A DNA stretch of 64,000 bases, taken from the NCBI GenBank assembly GCA_040954595.2, contig CM082578.2, positions 17,303,812-17,367,811 on the forward strand, in the 5' to 3' direction. Origin of the DNA: Balanoglossus misakiensis (taxonomy: Eukaryota; Animalia; Hemichordata). Of this stretch, positions 52,696 through 64,000 are shown piece after piece; within the stretch, counting starts at the first letter, position 1, and every line of letters begins with the position of its first letter. The notes below the pieces were generated by a model. It was not told the DNA's origin, did not search any database, and saw only the letters and a list, made by a program, of their open reading frames with translations. The position numbers were made by a program, and so were the translations under genes.

Positions 52696-53252
52696 GGCCA
52701 CAGCTACAACAGCTGTAATTAATGCGTTTCAAACAGAAATCCTCTGAAGGATAGTAAATAAGTTTTGACCCATGACATCATTTATAGGCAAACGTTTCCA
52801 ATCGTTCATTTTTACGCATATTTTGCAGATATAGGTCTCAGTTTAGACAAATTTACATTGATTAGTTATCGTTTTATTGTAACATTTGTTGTTAGCTAGC
52901 CTTTATTTATATAATTGGTCAGTCAGTCAGTCAGTCAGTTAAGATCATTTACCATGTTTACGCTTCAGGTATAGAGCATAGTTAAATGTACGTCGTCAAT
53001 AAGATCAACAAAACTGTTCGACCGGTTGAAAATAAGTGGTGATTCTTGATGCTGGTAGTGGAGTCGTACTTTCCATGAACTGACCAACGACAACCGACCA
53101 GCTGTTAGAGTTTGATGAACCACGCCCTTCCACAAATGCAGATGCGCACCTTCGTGACACCTAATCCCCTTGACAATAGTTCACGTTACACCATTGTTCG
53201 TTTTATCTCATCGAGGAGAGACACATCCGTCAAGAGATCATATCAGGTAGTG

Positions 53253-54604
53253 ATGGGATCGGCAGTGTCCTTTCTTGCGAGTTTCTGGGAGAGTCAGAGC
53301 AAGGTCACCGGTGTATTTGCATCTTTTGATGAATGGGTTCAACTCTATACTGTAATGTTACCAACAGCAATTGCTGCTCTCGTCTTTGCCACGGAATTGG
53401 TTGGTACATGTATGTATATGTATACACGTTATTAGCCAAAGTTGTATGATAATGTTCCAGATCTTCAAACTATTTCAAAAATGTTACTTGGTCTGGTCTT
53501 TCTACTATGGTCCGGTCTGGTCTAACTTTTGTTGTATATACATGTACATATTGTTCTTCAATTTTTCCACTGGTCATGACTCCTGAAGCAAATACACGTT
53601 TGGTACTTCTTACATCGGTTTTCTTTAATTATTTTCGCCTAGTTGATAAGATGACGACATGTCTTCCTCCGAGTGGCTTCACGTCAGACTCATCGTCTGC
53701 TTTCATCAATGCCCACTGTTCGACCAAGGATACCGAGTACCTGCCGTTCGTCATCTACCACGAATTTCTCCCGGCAATTCTGGTCATTCAGGCACTGATG
53801 GCCCACCAGTCACTCGCGTACTGGCGCTATCGTGGATTTGAATCCCTGAGGATAGACATCCGATGCATCGCATCCAGTTGCCAGGGTGTCTTCGATGGCA
53901 CTCTTGATGTCTGGACGTCGCTCATGAAATGTCTGCGCGTCAAAAGCATGCAAAGACCCCTTGGAAGTCGGGAGAGCGTCGTTGAGATGATACAGGAACT
54001 GGCAGACAAGGAGGGTGGTGAGACGGTCGCTTCTGGACTCGACGCCCTGAAAATTCACATCAAAACTATCCAGGCCGTTGTGAACAAATACGGAGGATTT
54101 TCCATCGCCAAGAGGTACATCGTCATGAGACAATGCTTGTATGTGACGCTGGGTTTTGGCACTCTGTTGCAGGCAACGCAAATAGCAACGTGTTGGCTCT
54201 CGGGCGGAATCCTAAAACCAGACTTCAACTGCGTCTTCATGGACTTCAACGTACCATGCACGAAACATCTTGAAATTTTCATCGAGATTCTGATGTGTTT
54301 AAATCTTTTCCTCTGTCTTTTGTTACCGGCAGTCGCGACACAGCGCCACGACCACAACGCTATTTGGAGTCGCAAGAAGCGCATAAAGTACATCTATGAA
54401 ATTATTCCGCTAATCGAGAAACCCGATGGTTTCGACGAGACCTGTCCTGGAAACGACCTGCAATTCCTGTCATTGTACAGCGATGGAACCTTCCAATCGA
54501 TAGAGACTTTGGGAACAGTGATCGAGGACCTCTACCCTTGTCCTACCGCAACGAAATGTCCAAATTTCAAAAAAATACTGACCCATTTGTTGAAACGTGA
54601 CTGA
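53253..54604 (+). CDS. Pannexin-like large-pore channel, copy B (tandem paralogue), ~370 aa
   Basis: Exons 53253-53403 and 53643-54604, the same architecture as copy A (151-nt first coding exon). Motifs: CLPPSGF...SAFINAHC, HEFLPAILVIQALM..YW, FNC...VPC, IYEIIP and GNDL. Confidence 0.8.
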
Positions 54605-55585
54605 GAAACTGCCTGCTGAGTACATTAAATAGTTAACATTTTCACGTAAATTTATTATATTAGATGATATCAATTAACATTATGATGGTAAGATAATTTG
54701 AGCTCCAATATTGTTTCAAAGCCTAGGGACGGAACTTAAATGAAGAATGGGTGTATTCTTTTGCTTTTGGCAAAGGGTTGGTATACTAAACTAAAATAGT
54801 AAGGTAATTTGGACTGTCTTATTTCTTAGAAAGTCGATACCACATTGGATACAATTTGTTTTATTGGTACATTAACGAAAGTGCATAACTTTCCAGAACG
54901 TAACAGGGATCTATAATTACGGAGATTTTAACTTTAATGTTGGCAATTATGCCCGCGATTGTGATAAGATTATTTACAATGTATATTTAAAAATGAAATA
55001 CAAGGCGAGGTTGTTCCCAGTTCAACTACCCTTACATAGGATTCGCTTAGATTCATATTACCACATCCACGCCCGTGAGTGTGTACTTTGTCAACAAATT
55101 GACAAGAATTTGATAACTCCTAATTTTGAAATCGCCATATGGCATGTTGGATAATATGTGAACTCATAATAGCTTCTGAAATGCACTAACCATGTCCATT
55201 CCATGTCCGTTTGCACACTACACATAAATTGATGACGTCACTAATCTGCTTGTTGAGCAACTTCGGGGCAAACACAGGCTTAATTCTTGATTTTCCCCAG
55301 GGTCCATTGATCAGTCAACATTTACCCAATGGTTTGTAAAAATAAGTCTGCAGACCACCTGCAGCTGTGTAAGGAAATTTGTACTGGTCTGTGGTGGAAA
55401 ATGCCTGGTCCTGGACCTCACACTACCACACGTACATCTCACAATGACAAGCACAACACAATACTATTGAAAATATCAGAATCTTTATTTCAGTAATAAT
55501 CTCTTTCAATTTCATCTGCATAGAACTTGGCAGTGTCATGATAAAGTGGCAGTGTGCATGTATTGCATGGGAAAGTTTCACAAAA

Positions 55586-61509
<5,924 letters not shown>

Positions 61510-61721
61510 ATCTGCCGATTAAAAGTATCCAAACTGGACGCTACCCTAGGTTGTTACATCACATGTGTTTGTTTTGTTTCATTGACCTGACCTGCCAGCT
61601 GATCAGCATGCAGCAATATTTACATAGTTTCGTAAGTCTCGTCTAAATCTCGCGCCATTTTTCAAAGACGAGATCGACCAAATCGACCAATCACGGAGTC
61701 GGAGCTAGTAAGTGGGTCAAA
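61510..61721. promoter_or_regulatory. Bidirectional promoter shared by XPC and LSM3
   Basis: Only 212 bp separate the divergent ATGs. Contains TCTCGCGCCATTTT (~61648), CCAATCA (~61687) and a YY1-like AAAATGGCGG overlapping the LSM3 start. Confidence 0.7.
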
Positions 61722-62636
61722 ATGGCGGACGACCAGGAACAGGTAGGATGCGAGGCTCGAGGACGCAACATTCAAATGCACAATGCTCATGGCGTTTCAA
61801 CTGCGCTAGCTCGACGATATTGGGGATTTTAACAATTATTTGTGGTACCTCTGACAAACTGTAACATTATTTCACGAAAGTAACGGCCCTGCACGTCCAT
61901 TATAGCAATGCACAATCTTTCGAATCCATTTACACATGTCAGTGATTGTCACGTGTTGTAATGCCAATGGATTGAAATGCGTAAACGTAAACATAGAATT
62001 TGTTTCATATTTACAGGTGCCATCAAATGCAGTGGAAGAGCCTCTGGATTTGATCAGACTCAGTTTAGATGAAAGAATATATGTGAAAATGAGAAATGAC
62101 AGAGAACTTAGAGGCAGACTACATGTAAGTTGTGGAAAATTCAACTGTGCAGTGATGAAGTTTTATGATATAAGTGGGTTTTTTGCCAATTTACCAACAA
62201 TAACTGTTTTACTTCTTCAGGCATATGATCAACATTTAAATATGATTCTCGGTGATGTGGAAGAGACAGTAACAACTGTTGAGATTGATGAAGAAACATA
62301 TGAAGAAATCTACAGGGTAAATAAACATCACCCCCCTCCCTATATTGTCATGTGAAACAAACATAAGCATTTCCCAGTATTATCAGTAAAAAGCCCAAGA
62401 GTGTTCAGTCTTTGTCATATTTGTATTGAATAGCCATGCTTGTATGTCTGTAAACCTCATTGACTATCGTAAAATGTTTGATGCATACCAACTTGCTGAC
62501 TGTTCATTTTGTACTGTTTCTTACCTGACCTTGTTTGTTCTGTTCACAGTCCACAAAAAGAAACATTCCTATGATATTTGTGAGGGGAGATGGAGTGATA
62601 CTTGTGTCCCCTCCTCTAAGAGGAGCAGCTATGTAA
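61722..62636 (+). CDS. LSM3: U6 snRNA-associated Sm-like protein LSm3, ~103 aa
   Basis: Exons 61722-61742, 62017-62124, 62221-62316 and 62550-62636: [103 protein letters not shown]. Confidence 0.97.
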
Positions 62637-63307
62637 CGAACACTGCCATTGGTGAAGGACATTTCTACAATCAGTCATGACGCCAGAAGTCCTACACTGG
62701 TGTTAGCCATTGTAGACAAGTTTTGTATGGAACCACTCAGGGTTTCACTGTGTAGTGTAATAATCTTTAACAGATTATGAGGAGATTCCTAGCTTTTATT
62801 TAACTATTGCCCAACATTATTTGTATAACAATAAGTTATTGTTATAATAATGAGTTGTTATTGTTTTTTCAAAATTAAAAGGTATCGACTGATATTTCAA
62901 TTTTTGATTGAACACAGCACAGCAGATACATTTTTCAGTGGTGTCTAAGCCATGACAACCAACAATTCTAGTTTGGAAGTTTAGTACAAGACGTAACCTC
63001 CCAAAGGCATTAGTGCACTGGTGTTTTTGATAAATACCATACATCAAAGTTTGTGGCGAATTGTGCTGTTCACTTGTCACTGGTCAACATTCCTTGTAAA
63101 TCCATGTTGTGGTGCAGGTTTTCCAAATTTTAGTGTAACTTTCACTGAAGAAAGATAGACTTTGTTTTTATTTTAAGTTTATAAACAGTTATTTTTTTAA
63201 AGCTCTGTCAAAGTGTGATAATGCTGAATAAATATATGCTATGTACAAAGTCATTTGTGTTTTTGTCATTATATTCTGCCTACTTGTTGACATGAAATCA
63301 GTTCCTA

Positions 63308-64000
63308 TTCGCAAAGTCAAGATTTTTTCAGGGTTTTCATGAGCTATAACCCATGAAAATGTTCCTAAGTAACAAAGAAACCAAAATTCGCAAAGTCGGG
63401 AATTTTTCATTTTTCAGGGTTTTCATGAGCTATAGACCCATGATTTTTTTTCAAAAATCGACGAAATTTTGAAATTTCGCAAAGTCGAAAAATTGTCATT
63501 TCCTGACGATTTTCATGAGCTATAAACCATGATTTTTCAAAAATCGACGAAATTTTGAAATTTCGCAAAGTCGAAAAATTGTCATTTCCTGACGATTTTC
63601 ATGAGCTATAACCCATGATTTTTTCAAAAATCGACCAAATTTGCAGAATTCGCAAAGTCGAAAAATTGTCATTTTCTGATAATTTTCTTGAGCTATAACG
63701 CATGATTTTTTTCAAAAATCGACGAAATTTTGAAATTTCGCAAAGTCGAAAAATTGTCATTTCCTGACGATTTTCATGAGCCTATAAACCATGATTTTTC
63801 AAAAATCGACGAAATTTTGAAATTTCGCAAAGTCGAAAAATTGTCATTTCCTGACGATTTTCATGAGCTATAACCCATGATTTTTTCAAAAATCGACGAA
63901 ATTTTGAAATTTCGCAAAGTCGAAAACTTGTCATTTCCTGACGATTTTCATGAGCTATAACCCATGATTTTTTCAAAAATCGACCAAATTTTGAAATTTC
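63308..64000. repeat. Tandem satellite, ~87-bp unit, continuing beyond the window
   Basis: Unit TTTCGCAAAGTCGAAAAATTGTCATTTCCTGACGATTTTCATGAGCTATAACCCATGATTTTTTCAAAAATCGACGAAATTTTGAAA recurs at ~63475, 63561, 63648, 63736, 63823, 63910 and 63997. Two degenerate copies start from ~63308. Confidence 0.95.

Noticed and set aside
53507-53642. N-terminal extension of the 365-aa ORF
   Set aside because: This is intronic read-through. The paralogue structure supports exon 1 at 53253-53403 and an acceptor at 53642.
63782-63976. Repetitive peptide ORF or possible CRISPR-like array
   Set aside because: It is an 87-bp tandem satellite with no unique spacers, in a eukaryotic context.

Overview
Intron-rich, AT-rich genomic DNA from a non-vertebrate animal. 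A basal deuterostome is plausible, but that is inference. Hand-spliced gene models, in order: a sulfonylurea-receptor-type ABC transporter (ABCC8/9-like, minus strand, 3' end outside the window); a small 5-exon signal-peptide/6-Cys/single-TM Shisa-WBP1-VOPP1-like gene largely missed by the ORF track; an uncharacterised 13-exon TPR gene with several RFX X-boxes in intron 1; TMEM168; BMT2/SAMTOR; a FoxP gene with a large non-coding region; two tandem pannexin-like channel genes; the head-to-head XPC/LSM3 pair; and an ~87-bp satellite at the window end. The most striking observation is two intact exons inside FoxP intron 1. They encode a KRBA2/SCAND3-type (Ginger-like transposase) HHCC integrase zinc-binding domain with no catalytic core, and they end in a phase-0 donor that joins in frame to the FoxP polyQ exon, making a candidate transposon-derived alternative N-terminus of FoxP. 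Also notable are the pannexin pair (one copy with and one without an extracellular N-glycosylation sequon) and the TMEM168-BMT2-FoxP order that matches the human FOXP2 locus. All homology calls are from recall, not database searches.
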